64,000 bases of DNA from contig CAVSWH010000023.1 in assembly GCA_963731625.1 (NCBI GenBank), positions 96,174 to 160,173 on the forward strand. Direction: 5' to 3'. The position numbers and the translations under genes are program-made. This document shows, piece by piece, positions 35,176-43,877 of the stretch (position 1 is the first letter of the stretch; each line of letters starts with the position of its first letter). The notes under the pieces were generated by a model that was not told the origin of the DNA, made no database searches, and worked only from the letters and a program-made list of their open reading frames with translations. Source of the stretch: an uncultured Actinomycetes bacterium. Its GTDB lineage: Bacteria; Actinomycetota; Acidimicrobiia; IMCC26256; PALSA-555.

Positions 35176-36038
35176 CAGTCCGACGCTGGGACCGGCGGCG
35201 GCTCGACCGGCGCGTCGGCGTGCAGGTCTGACGGGTCGGCGGGGGCCACGTCCCCCCTCACGTGCCCCTGGGCGAGCTCGTCGTGCAGCGCGGACAGCGC
35301 GTCGATCAGCTGCTCGCGGGCCATCTGCGCGTACGGGTTGCTCTGCTGGCAGGTCTCGAACATGTCGTCGGTGTGCAGATGCTCGATGGCCGCGATCCGT
35401 TCCAGCTGCTCGAACGATGGGAGCGACAGCCGGTCGCGGTTCGGGACGTGCGGGAGATGGTCGACCTCCAGGGACACCAGGGCGCGGGCGATGAAGAACG
35501 GCAGCGCCTGCATGTAGGCCATCGCCCGGTCGTGGTCGTCGGCGTCGACCGTGATGAGCTCGAGGCCGTACCGGCGGTGGAGCCAGTCGAGGAAGGCGTG
35601 GGCCCGCTCGCCGCGGGCGAGGGTGACGACGAGGCGCTGACCGGACCGCATGCGGCGCATCGAGGGCGGGCCGAACAGGGGATGGGTGGCGAGCAGGTTC
35701 GGGTGGTCGGGGAGGTGCTCGGCGAGCTGCGCGGTGGCGTGAGCCTTCGTGGACACCACGTCCATGACGACCGTCTGCTCCGGGAGCCGCGGTCGCAGCT
35801 CGTCGAGCGTCGAGGCGAGCGCGGCGGCGGGCACCGCCAGGAGCACGACGTCGCAGCGCGCGATCTCCTCGATGGAGCCCGCACGCAGCCGCGCCGTCGT
35901 GGGAGGCAGCCGGTCGCGCGCGCGATCCGTGACGATGACGCGGCGACGTCGACCGGCGAGCGATCGTGCGAGGAACTCACCGAAGTGGCCGTACCCGACG
36001 ATGCCGAAACGACGGAAGCTGGTGTTGGTCCGGCCGAT
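35175..36038 (-). CDS. prephenate/arogenate dehydrogenase-like protein (start codon unresolved)
   Basis: The canonical-start ORF is only 35175..35846 (GTG). The same frame stays open upstream to a TGA at 36063-36065 and encodes FRRFGIVGYGHFGEFLARSL (the GxGxxG NAD(P) motif). The end given here is an ATC codon (36036-38), the only near-cognate start upstream of the motif. Confidence 0.65.
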   Translation of the reverse strand: MGRTNTSFRRFGIVGYGHFGEFLARSLAGRRRRVIVTDRARDRLPPTTARLRAGSIEEIARCDVVLLAVPAAALASTLDELRPRLPEQTVVMDVVSTKAHATAQLAEHLPDHPNLLATHPLFGPPSMRRMRSGQRLVVTLARGERAHAFLDWLHRRYGLELITVDADDHDRAMAYMQALPFFIARALVSLEVDHLPHVPNRDRLSLPSFEQLERIAAIEHLHTDDMFETCQQSNPYAQMAREQLIDALSALHDELAQGHVRGDVAPADPSDLHADAPVEPPPVPASD

Positions 36039-36093
36039 GCGTCGACTGTAGCGACGCGCCGTTCAGCACTCCAAGCGGCTTCGGCGCGCGCAC

Positions 36094-37506
36094 CTACGCG
36101 GGTAGGTCCGCCGTGTTCGGCGGGTGAAGCGCCCACTTGGTCCCCGCGACGATAAAGAACACGAGCACGACGACGGGCGCGGCGTAGGTGATGAGGCCGC
36201 CGAGGATCGTGTCGACGAGCGAGGTGCTCGGGTGGGTCGGGAGCTTCAGCGCGGCGAGCATCACGATCGCCTGCGCCCACACGGCCCACGCCAGCGGCGT
36301 GGGGTCGCGGTCGGCGAGCACGGGCAGTGCCCACCACGCGTACCAGGGATAGCTGTACTCGGCGCCGACGGTGTACGCCGCGGTCGTCGCCCCCATTGAC
36401 GCCTCGACGCGGCGGCCGCGGCTGACATGCCAGCCGACGACGAGCGTGAGCGCGATGACGCCGACCACCGACGCGTAGAAGATGCCGTACAGCATCGGGG
36501 TGATGTGGAGCGGGTGCGGGACGTTGCGCCCGGCGTCGTGGCCGAGCAGCACCGCGCCGAGCGGGTTCCAGGGCGACGCGGTGGTCAGGGTCTTGTCGGC
36601 GCCGCTCAGCACCTTCGAGGCGCCCCCGAGGAACGGCAGGTAGACGAAGAACACGGTGAGCGCGGCGCCAGCGGTCGCGGTCGCGGCGAGTCGCCGCTTC
36701 CCGCGCCGCCACGCCCAGAGCACCAGACCGAAGAGCGCAAGGAAGGAGGTGAACTTGATGAGCGCGGCGAGGCCGATGAGGATCCCGGCGAGCCAGCCGC
36801 GCTCGCCCCGCCCGGCCAGGATCGCCGCGAGCAGGATGGCGAGGCCGATCGCGATGTCGTTGTGCCCGCCGTTCACGATGATCGGCCCCATGAGGGGACA
36901 GAGGCCGAGCCAGACGAGCGCGGCGACGCTGCGGCTGCGGCGCCAGAGGACCCAGAGGACGGCCGCGGCCGCCAGCGCCGCGCTCAGCTGGAAGAACAGG
37001 CGGTCGGCCAACACCGAGTTGCCCGCGAGGAAGGTCCCGACTGTCGCGTAGCCGACGAACAGCGGCCCGTAGACGGATCCACGGTGCTGCCAGATCGGGC
37101 TGATGCGCTTGTAGAAGGGGTCGGTGTGAAACTCGTACGGCAGGTGCGTGTACGGGCTGTCCCCGTAGACGCTGACGATGCGCCCGTACATCGAGTACGA
37201 CCAGAGGTCGTTCGAGGTCTTCGGCGGCAGCGCCAGGGCCACCGCGAACACCACGGCGATCGCGGCGACGACGGGCTTCACCCCGAGACGCGGGGACCGG
37301 CGCTCGAGGATCGCGAGGGCCGCGCAGCTGGCCGTCGCGAGGAGCACGACGAGGACCGTGACCGCCGAGTGGCGGTACAGCCCGATGAGCGCCGACCCGG
37401 AGGCGGTCGTCACCGCGAGCAGGGCATAGCGACGTCCACGCTTGCCGCCCGACGCTGCGGGCTGCGCAGCGTCGGTCACCGGGGCCGGCGATGGCAGCAC
37501 AGTCAT
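36094..37506 (-). CDS. GT-C membrane glycosyltransferase (MptB/DUF2029-like mannosyltransferase)
   Basis: ATG at 37504-37506 inside ORF 36094..37806. NDLWSYSMYGRIVSVYGDSPYTHLP ... SVYGPLF is followed by about 10 TM segments, a pattern I associate with polyprenol-phosphomannose-dependent mannosyltransferases. Confidence 0.8.
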   Translation of the reverse strand: MTVLPSPAPVTDAAQPAASGGKRGRRYALLAVTTASGSALIGLYRHSAVTVLVVLLATASCAALAILERRSPRLGVKPVVAAIAVVFAVALALPPKTSNDLWSYSMYGRIVSVYGDSPYTHLPYEFHTDPFYKRISPIWQHRGSVYGPLFVGYATVGTFLAGNSVLADRLFFQLSAALAAAAVLWVLWRRSRSVAALVWLGLCPLMGPIIVNGGHNDIAIGLAILLAAILAGRGERGWLAGILIGLAALIKFTSFLALFGLVLWAWRRGKRRLAATATAGAALTVFFVYLPFLGGASKVLSGADKTLTTASPWNPLGAVLLGHDAGRNVPHPLHITPMLYGIFYASVVGVIALTLVVGWHVSRGRRVEASMGATTAAYTVGAEYSYPWYAWWALPVLADRDPTPLAWAVWAQAIVMLAALKLPTHPSTSLVDTILGGLITYAAPVVVLVFFIVAGTKWALHPPNTADLPA

Positions 37507-37636
37507 GCTCGGCGGGACGTTAAACCACCTCGGGCTGGCGACGGCAGCGGCCCCGGATGAACTTTTCGGCACGGGGATGTCCGGGTTCGCCGTCAACGGT
37601 CGGTACCCTCGGATGGACCGAACAGGACAGCGGGAG

Positions 37637-37792
37637 ATGAACGATCCCTTCGAAAAGGTGGCGCACGGCCTGAACCGCGACCTGGCATGGATCGCCGGCG
37701 GGCTCGCCGCGCTCGGTGGCGCGGTGGTCCTCGCCGGGTTCGTGACCGTCGACGCGGTGGTGCGTCGGCTGCGCCACGACCGCGACCGCTGA
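37637..37792 (+). CDS. possible small membrane protein
   Basis: ATG at 37637 within ORF 37442..37792 gives MNDPFEKVAHGLNRDLAWIAGGLAALGGAVVLAGFVTVDAVVRRLRHDRDR, with one TM segment. The GGGAG is directly adjacent to the ATG, which is poor spacing. Weak call. Confidence 0.3.
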   Translation: MNDPFEKVAHGLNRDLAWIAGGLAALGGAVVLAGFVTVDAVVRRLRHDRDR

Positions 37793-37925
37793 GCAGCGCC
37801 CAGCATTTACCTTGGATTCACGGCCCGCGGCCTACCGTGGGCCCGAACCGACGGTGTGCGAGCGTCGTCGCCTCACCCGCGCGGGCTGAACGGGACCCGA
37901 GGGGCACGCAGACTCGAATGGGGAC

Positions 37926-38246
37926 GTGAGCGAGCGAGGACCGAGCGACGGGCCCCAGGGCGGGATGCCAGCCAGACGAGGTGGCGTCACCGACCCCTGC
38001 GGGATCCACCAGGCGGTCGCGGGCGTCCTCGACGCGCCGTGGCCGGAGTTCTTCGCACAGTGGTGTCGGGCTGGCGAGCTGGGGCCTGTCGCCGCCCGTC
38101 ATGTCCGCGACGTCGCGGGCCGCCTCGCCGATCCCTTGACCCGCGACACCGCCGACGGCGTCCTGCGGGGCTGGGCCGCCGTCCGCGACGCGATGGACGG
38201 CCTCACCCGCCCAGCTGGCGCTTCGGCGCTCGAAGCGACCGCCTGA
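37926..38246 (+). CDS. hypothetical protein (weak)
   Basis: 106-aa ORF (GTG start). The distal two thirds have GC3-rich, non-Arg-biased codons (DAPWPEFFAQWCRAGELGPVAARHV...). It competes with a 292-aa Arg-rich antisense ORF. Confidence 0.35.
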   Translation: MSERGPSDGPQGGMPARRGGVTDPCGIHQAVAGVLDAPWPEFFAQWCRAGELGPVAARHVRDVAGRLADPLTRDTADGVLRGWAAVRDAMDGLTRPAGASALEATA

Positions 38247-38328
38247 CCAGGCGCCCCTCGCCCGGCCGGCCCGGGTGCTAGGGATGGAGGCGGGCCGACG
38301 CGGGCCCGGCCGACCAGGGAGCGCAGGG

Positions 38329-38544
38329 ATGCGGAACGCCGACGCCACCGGGACGACGCGGCGCGTCGTGCGGCTGGCCGCGGCGGTCGTGCTGATCCAC
38401 GACGTCGGCGCCTCGAGCGACACGCGGCCCCGCGTCGCCGACACGCTCGGGCCGACCTCGGGCCCGCACCGAGCCGACGTGAACCTCGCCCTCGGCAACC
38501 TCGTGAGCGTCGTCGGGCCGCAGGCCGCCGCGTACCGGCCCTGA
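38329..38544 (+). CDS. hypothetical small protein (weak)
   Basis: ATG at 38329 (GGGAG 7 nt upstream) in ORF 38275..38544 gives MRNADATGTTRRVVRLAAAVVLIHDVG.... No family recognised. Low support. Confidence 0.25.
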   Translation: MRNADATGTTRRVVRLAAAVVLIHDVGASSDTRPRVADTLGPTSGPHRADVNLALGNLVSVVGPQAAAYRP

Positions 38545-38552
38545 CGGGCGCC

Positions 38553-39227
38553 GTGCCTCGCCGGGTGGTCGGTCACCGCGCCGGGTGGCTCCTCGTCGTC
38601 GTGCCGGCCGCCCTCGCCGCGCTCGCCGGCCCCGCCGCGGCGGCGCGGCCGATCGGGACGGCCGCGATCCTGAAGGCCGGGGTCATCACCGCCCACGACG
38701 TCCCGTCGACGTGGATCTCGACGCCGCGCACCGTCGCACCGGACCCGTTCCCGAGCGGTCCCGCGTGCCGGACCCTCGCGTCAGCGGAGCGCACGGCCCG
38801 CCGGTCGCCGCACGCCGTGTCCCGGCAGTTCAGCGACCCCGAATCGGGCAACACGACGGAGGCCGACAACACCGTCTACGCGTTCGCGAGCGCCGCCGGC
38901 GCGCACCGCTATCTGGCGGCCTACGAGGCCTCCACGGCGAGCGCCTGCCTCCAGCTCGTGCTCACCGAGGCCGTCGGGACGTCGGCCAGCGTCACGATCG
39001 CGCCCCTCACGACCCAGCTCGCCGGGCTCGGCGACGAGAGCGCCGGCTACGAGGGCACGGTGCAGGGGACGAACCGCGGCGGGCAGACCGTGGCGCTCGT
39101 CGCCGACATCGTCGCCGTGCGGGTCGGGCGTGCCGTCACGGTCTTCGAGTTCCTGAGCGCGAACCAGCAGATCACCGCCGGGCCGACGATCGTGAACACC
39201 GTCGTGCAGCGCCTCCACGCCCCCTAG
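38553..39227 (+). CDS. secreted hypothetical protein
   Basis: 224-aa ORF (GTG start). Signal-like segment WLLVVVPAALAALAGPAAAA. Composition is balanced. No family recognised. Confidence 0.65.
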   Translation: MPRRVVGHRAGWLLVVVPAALAALAGPAAAARPIGTAAILKAGVITAHDVPSTWISTPRTVAPDPFPSGPACRTLASAERTARRSPHAVSRQFSDPESGNTTEADNTVYAFASAAGAHRYLAAYEASTASACLQLVLTEAVGTSASVTIAPLTTQLAGLGDESAGYEGTVQGTNRGGQTVALVADIVAVRVGRAVTVFEFLSANQQITAGPTIVNTVVQRLHAP

Positions 39228-39949
39228 CTGCTGGCGCTCGCCGGCTGGCAGGCGCTCGTCGCCGCCGCCGGCGACGCGAACCCGTCGTACGCCGGCGGGC
39301 TCGCCGAGCTCGGGGCGGCGGACACCGGCGCGCCGACGGGCCCGAACGCGATCGACACCACGGCGTGGTCGCCGAGCTTGTAGCCCGCCGGGTCGCCGTG
39401 CATCGCCTTGCAGTCGACGGACCAGCGCAGCCTCCCCACCTCGAGCGCGTCCGGCGTCCCGTCCGGGCAGGCCTCGCCGTTGTGCCATGAGCGCTTCGTC
39501 AGGTCGGCGGTCGGGCCGGTCCAGGCTTCGATCGAGGTGCTCGTGACCTGCCATCCCCCGTAGCTGAAGAACAGCCCGAGGGTCGCGTGGTTACCCGCCT
39601 CGGACGGGTCGTCGGGGTGGACGTGCACGTAGCCGTCACCGTGGGTGTTGAGCCCGACCCGCACGTTCGGGTTCCCGGCCGCCGTCTCGAACGTCGGCGG
39701 GTTCGGCAGCCACTCGCCGCAGATGTTCACGCCGAACGCGGTGTACCAGTGGTCGCCCGGCGCGCCCGTCTTGGGGTCCGGCGCCCGCGGGGGCTGCTGC
39801 GCTGGCGAGCCGGAGGGGCGCAGCAGCGTCGCGCCGATGATGGCCAGGACGATGACGAGGACGAGCGTCCCGTAGAACCACGGCCAGGCTCGGCGGCTCG
39901 ACGGCGCGTCCGGCTCGCCTCCCGCGGCGGGAGGGTCGGCTGTCGCCAC
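39224..39949 (-). CDS. membrane-anchored hypothetical protein (conserved His-rich extracytoplasmic domain)
   Basis: GTG at 39947-39949 with GGAGG 6 nt upstream, inside ORF 39224..40156. The TM anchor is WPWFYGTLVLVIVLAIIGATLL. The domain carries the blocks HWYTAFGVNICGEW ... LNTHGDGYVHVHP ... TLGLFF. Confidence 0.7.
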   Translation of the reverse strand: MATADPPAAGGEPDAPSSRRAWPWFYGTLVLVIVLAIIGATLLRPSGSPAQQPPRAPDPKTGAPGDHWYTAFGVNICGEWLPNPPTFETAAGNPNVRVGLNTHGDGYVHVHPDDPSEAGNHATLGLFFSYGGWQVTSTSIEAWTGPTADLTKRSWHNGEACPDGTPDALEVGRLRWSVDCKAMHGDPAGYKLGDHAVVSIAFGPVGAPVSAAPSSASPPAYDGFASPAAATSACQPASASS

Positions 39950-40016
39950 GCTGCACCTCCGCGTTCCCTCGGCCGCCCGGCCCGGCATTCCACCACGCCG
40001 TCGCCGGCGCGTTCGG

Positions 40017-40904
40017 TCAGGTGTCGCGTGTCTCGCGCCCGGCGAGCTCGAGCGCGAGGGCCCGGAACTGCCGGGCGGCGGGCGACAGCGGCCCGGCGCG
40101 GACGACGATCCCGATGGTGCGGTGCAACGACGGCCGCAGCCGGGCGACGGTCGCACCCTGCCGCTCGGCGGCGCGGGCGACGCCGCGGGGCACGACGGCG
40201 ACCCCGGCGCCGGCGAGGACCAACGGGACGATCGCCTCGCGCTGCTCGGTCTCGACCGCGACCCGCGGCTCGACGTCCGCGACGGCGAAGGCCTCGGTGA
40301 GCAGGCGTCGCGTCGAGGTCCCCGCGGGGCTGGTGAGGAGCGGCAGGTCGGCGAGCTCCTCGACGCGGAGCTCGCCGCGGGGCTCCCCGGGCCCGAGGAT
40401 GGCGACCAGCTCCTGGTCGAGCAGCGGCGTCGCCACGATGTCGACGGCGCGGACGGGCAGCTCGGCGAGGCCGACCTCGGCGCGCCCGTCCCGGACCCGG
40501 CCGATCACCGCGTCGGCGCCCTCCGGCTCGGTGACGCGCACCGCGACGCCGGGGTGGGCCCGGCGGAACGCGCCGATGATCGGCGCGAGCGGGTCGGCCG
40601 CCAGCGTCGGGAGCGAGACGAGATCGAGACGGCCGGCCTCGAGCCCGGTGACCGCCTGGACCGAGGCGCCGAGCACGGCGACGTCCCGCAGGACGTGGCG
40701 GGCCGAGCCGACGAAGGCCTCGCCGGCGGGCGTCAGCGCGACCCGCCGGCCGAGGCGGAGGAAGAGCGGGACGCCCAGCTCGGCCTCGAGGCGGGCGACA
40801 CCTTGTGACAGGGACGGCTGCGCGACGTGGAGGGCGCGCGCCGCCTGGGTGAAGGAGCCCTCGTCGACCACCCCGACCACGTACTCGAGCTGGCGCAACT
40901 CCAT
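40017..40904 (-). CDS. LysR family transcriptional regulator
   Basis: 295-aa ORF. The N-terminal wHTH is MELRQLEYVVGVVDEGSFTQAARALHVAQPSLSQGVARLEAELGVPLF, followed by a LysR substrate-binding domain. Confidence 0.93.
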   Translation of the reverse strand: MELRQLEYVVGVVDEGSFTQAARALHVAQPSLSQGVARLEAELGVPLFLRLGRRVALTPAGEAFVGSARHVLRDVAVLGASVQAVTGLEAGRLDLVSLPTLAADPLAPIIGAFRRAHPGVAVRVTEPEGADAVIGRVRDGRAEVGLAELPVRAVDIVATPLLDQELVAILGPGEPRGELRVEELADLPLLTSPAGTSTRRLLTEAFAVADVEPRVAVETEQREAIVPLVLAGAGVAVVPRGVARAAERQGATVARLRPSLHRTIGIVVRAGPLSPAARQFRALALELAGRETRDT

Positions 40905-40910
40905 AGCGTG

Positions 40911-40931
40911 AACCTATCCCACTAAGAGGTT
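40911..40931. promoter_or_regulatory. candidate LysR-type (T-N11-A) binding dyad
   Basis: AACCT-N11-AGGTT (AACCTatcccactaagAGGTT), a perfect 5-bp dyad with an 11-nt spacer. It lies 7 nt upstream of the lysR ATG, in the divergent intergenic region shared with the P-type ATPase gene. Confidence 0.4.
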
Positions 40932-40935
40932 CTTT

Positions 40936-40970
40936 CCATTGGACCTCTCGATCGGGGGGCGGTCCAATGG
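40936..40970. promoter_or_regulatory. perfect 10-bp inverted repeat in the ATPase leader/promoter region
   Basis: CCATTGGACC (40936-45) and GGTCCAATGG (40961-70) are exact reverse complements separated by 15 nt, just upstream of the ATPase RBS (GGAAAGAGG) and the ATG at 40991. Confidence 0.4.
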
Positions 40971-40990
40971 GAGCAGGAAAGAGGTACGCA

Positions 40991-43351
40991 ATGACCCAGC
41001 CCGTGCTCACGACAGCCCGTCCCGAGGACGAGGCGCGGGGGCTGACCAGCGCCGAGGTGGCCCGGCGCCTCGAGGAGTACGGGCCCAACGAGGTCCCCGA
41101 ACGGCGGCGGCCCTTCTGGCGCCAGCTCGCCCGCCGGTTCTGGGGCCCCCTGCCGTGGATGCTCGAGGGCACGATCGTCCTCACGCTGGCCCTCGGGAAG
41201 GGCCTCGAGGCGGCGATCATCACGACGCTGCTCGTCGTGAACTCGGTGATCGGCCTGCTCCAGCAGCTGCGCGCCGACACGGCGCTCGAGCTGCTGCAGC
41301 GCCGCCTCGCCGTCCACGCCCGTGTCCGACGCGACGGGGCGTGGCGCCTCGTCGAGGCTCGGGAGCTCGTGCCCGACGACGTCGTGCGCGTCCGCGTCGG
41401 GGATGTGATCGGCGCGGACCTCGACGTGCTCGACGGCCATGTGAGCGTCGACCAGTCGTCGCTCACCGGCGAGTCGGTGCCGATCGACGCCGGTCCCGGG
41501 GACCGGGCGCTCGGCGCCGGCATCGTCACGCGCGGCGAGGCGACCGGCCGGGTCGTCGCGACGGGCGCGTCGAGCATGTTCGGCAAGACGTCGCTGCTCG
41601 TGCGCGAGGCGAAGCCCGCGACGCATCTCGAGTCGGTGATCTTCCGCATCGTGCGCTACCTCGTCATCATCGACGTCGCGCTCGTGGCGGTGATGTTCAG
41701 CTATGCCGCCATCGTGGGGGCGAGCCTGTCGGAGACGGCGCCGTTCGCGCTCATCATCCTCATCGCGTCGGTGCCGGTCGCGCTGCCGACGACGTTCACC
41801 GTCGCGCAGGCGATCGGCGCGCTCGAGCTGAGCCGCGGCAGCGAGGGGCGCGGGCACGGCGTGCTCGTGACCCGGCTCTCGGCAGTGCAGGAGGCCGCGT
41901 CGATGGACGTGCTCTGCACCGACAAGACCGGGACGCTCACGGCGAACGAGCTGTCGCTCGAGCAGGTCCACGCCTACGCGCCGAACGGGGACGCCGAGCT
42001 GGTCCTGCTCGCCGCGCTCGCGTCGGACGAGGCGGGCCAGGACCCGATCGACCTGGCCCTGCTGCGGGCCGCGGACGGCGCGGCGGACGGCGCCCGCCGG
42101 CGGTCCTTCGTGCCCTTCGACCCCTCCACGAAGCGCACGGAGGCGACGGTCGAGCGGGACGGGACGCTGCTGCGGGTGGTGAAGGGGATGCCGCCGGTCG
42201 TCGCGTCGCTGTGCGCGTCCCCGCCGTCGACGCTCGACGGCGACGTGGACCGGCTCGCCGCCACGGGCGCCCGCGTGCTGGCCCTCGCCGCCGGTTCGGC
42301 CGAGCACCTCACGCTCCGGGGCCTCGTCGCGCTCGCCGATCACCCTCGCGCCGATTCGGGGCGTCTGGTGGACGAGCTCGCCGGGCTCGGGATCGACGTG
42401 AAGATGGTGACGGGCGACACGCCGGCCACGGCGCGCTCCGTCGCCGCGCAGGTGGGAATCGACCCCGTCGTGTGCACGGGCGAGGAGCTCCGCCAGAACC
42501 CCGCGCTCGCGTCGACCTGCTCGGTGTTCGCCGCAGTGTTCCCCGAGGACAAGTACACGATCGTCACGTCGCTGCAGGCCGACGGGCGGATCGTCGGGAT
42601 GACCGGCGACGGCGTGAACGACGCGCCGGCGCTCAAGGCGGCCGAGGTCGGCATCGCCGTGGACAGCGCCGTCGACGTGGCGAAGTCGGCGGCGAGCATG
42701 GTGCTCACCGAGCCGGGCCTCGTCGACACGGTGACGGCCGTCTCGGTGAGTCGGCGCATCTACCAGCGGATGATGACCTGGACGCTGAACAAGATCATCA
42801 AGACGGCGCAGGTCGCGTTCTTCCTCACGCTCGGGTTCGTCTTCACCCAGACGTTCGTGACCACGCCCCTGCTCATTGTGCTCCTGCTCCTCGCCAACGA
42901 CTTCGTGACGATGTCGCTGGCCGTCGACCGGGTGCGGGCCTCGTCGCAGCCGGCACGCTGGCAGGTGGGCGCGCTCGTCGGCGCCGCCCTGTCGCTCGCG
43001 GTCGTGGTCCTCGTCGAGTCCTTCCTCGACCTCTGGCTGGCCCGCGGGGTCTTCCACCTCGGGCTCGCGCAGGCCCAGACCCTCATCTTCTTGATGCTGG
43101 TCTTCTCGGGGCAGGCGACCGTCTACGTCGTGCGGGAGCGGGACCGGTTCTGGCGGAGCCGGCCGGCGCCGTGGCTGGTGGCCGCGACGACCTTCGACGT
43201 CGTCGTCGTGACGCTCCTCGCCTGGCGCGGGGTGCTCATGACGTCGCTGGCGCTGCCGTACGTCGCGATGGTGCTCGGGATCGCGGTGGCGTTCATGTTC
43301 GTGATGGACCCGGTGAAGGTCGCGGTGCTGCGCCGGTTCCGACTCGTCTGA
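40991..43351 (+). CDS. P-type ATPase, type III (H+/Mg2+-type) cation pump
   Basis: ATG at 40991 (GGAAAGAGG 6 nt upstream), or alternatively 40967. Motifs TGES, DKTGTLT (phospho-Asp), MVTGD and GDGVNDAPALKAAEVGIAV. About 10 TM segments. Confidence 0.93.
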   Translation: MTQPVLTTARPEDEARGLTSAEVARRLEEYGPNEVPERRRPFWRQLARRFWGPLPWMLEGTIVLTLALGKGLEAAIITTLLVVNSVIGLLQQLRADTALELLQRRLAVHARVRRDGAWRLVEARELVPDDVVRVRVGDVIGADLDVLDGHVSVDQSSLTGESVPIDAGPGDRALGAGIVTRGEATGRVVATGASSMFGKTSLLVREAKPATHLESVIFRIVRYLVIIDVALVAVMFSYAAIVGASLSETAPFALIILIASVPVALPTTFTVAQAIGALELSRGSEGRGHGVLVTRLSAVQEAASMDVLCTDKTGTLTANELSLEQVHAYAPNGDAELVLLAALASDEAGQDPIDLALLRAADGAADGARRRSFVPFDPSTKRTEATVERDGTLLRVVKGMPPVVASLCASPPSTLDGDVDRLAATGARVLALAAGSAEHLTLRGLVALADHPRADSGRLVDELAGLGIDVKMVTGDTPATARSVAAQVGIDPVVCTGEELRQNPALASTCSVFAAVFPEDKYTIVTSLQADGRIVGMTGDGVNDAPALKAAEVGIAVDSAVDVAKSAASMVLTEPGLVDTVTAVSVSRRIYQRMMTWTLNKIIKTAQVAFFLTLGFVFTQTFVTTPLLIVLLLLANDFVTMSLAVDRVRASSQPARWQVGALVGAALSLAVVVLVESFLDLWLARGVFHLGLAQAQTLIFLMLVFSGQATVYVVRERDRFWRSRPAPWLVAATTFDVVVVTLLAWRGVLMTSLALPYVAMVLGIAVAFMFVMDPVKVAVLRRFRLV

Positions 43352-43424
43352 CCAGCGTCCGCGACCGGGCTACGTTGCCGGCGTCGCGGGCGCCGACTCG
43401 TGCGCCCGTCAGCGATCCGGAGGC

Positions 43425-43877
43425 GTGATGCCATCGTCCGTGCCCCGCCCCTCTCACCTCGGGCTGTGCGTGTCCGACCTCGAGCGGTCGTTGCGCTTCT
43501 ACTGCGACGGGCTCGGCTTCACGCTGGGCGGCGGCTTCGACCTGGAGAGCACGCCCGCCAACGGGCTCGACCGCGCCCTCGAGGTGGACGCGCCGGCACG
43601 GCTGCGCTCGCAGTGGATCAGCCACGGCGCGCTGCAGATCGAGCTGCTGGCGTTCGAGGCACCGTCGAGCGGTGGGACACCGTCGGCCCATCGCAACGCG
43701 CGTGGCCTGACCCACTTGGCGTTCAACGTCGACGACGTCGAGGCGGCCGCGGGGCGGCTCGCCGACTGCGGCGGCACGGTGCTCACCGACACCCGCTCCA
43801 ACCCGGGGGTCGAGCTCGTCTTCGTCGCCGACCCCGATGGCGTGCGCGTCGAGCTCATGGGCGCAGCACCGGCATGA
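43425..43877 (+). CDS. VOC family protein (glyoxalase-like)
   Basis: 150-aa ORF. SHLGLCVSDLERSLRFYCDGLGF ... LTHLAFNVDDVEAAAGRL. Its stop overlaps the start of the GH3 gene (ATGA). Confidence 0.8.
   Translation: MMPSSVPRPSHLGLCVSDLERSLRFYCDGLGFTLGGGFDLESTPANGLDRALEVDAPARLRSQWISHGALQIELLAFEAPSSGGTPSAHRNARGLTHLAFNVDDVEAAAGRLADCGGTVLTDTRSNPGVELVFVADPDGVRVELMGAAPA

Noticed and set aside
35306-36712. 468-aa minus ORF spanning the TyrA-like gene and part of the MptB-like gene.
   Set aside because: It is an off-frame Arg/Pro/Ser-rich shadow crossing two genes that each have clear family signatures in other frames.
40922-43428. 711-aa minus ORF and 829-aa plus ORF overlapping the P-type ATPase gene.
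   Set aside because: Both are shadow frames. Only the 40967/40991..43351 frame contains the DKTGTLT, TGES and GDGVNDAPALK motifs.
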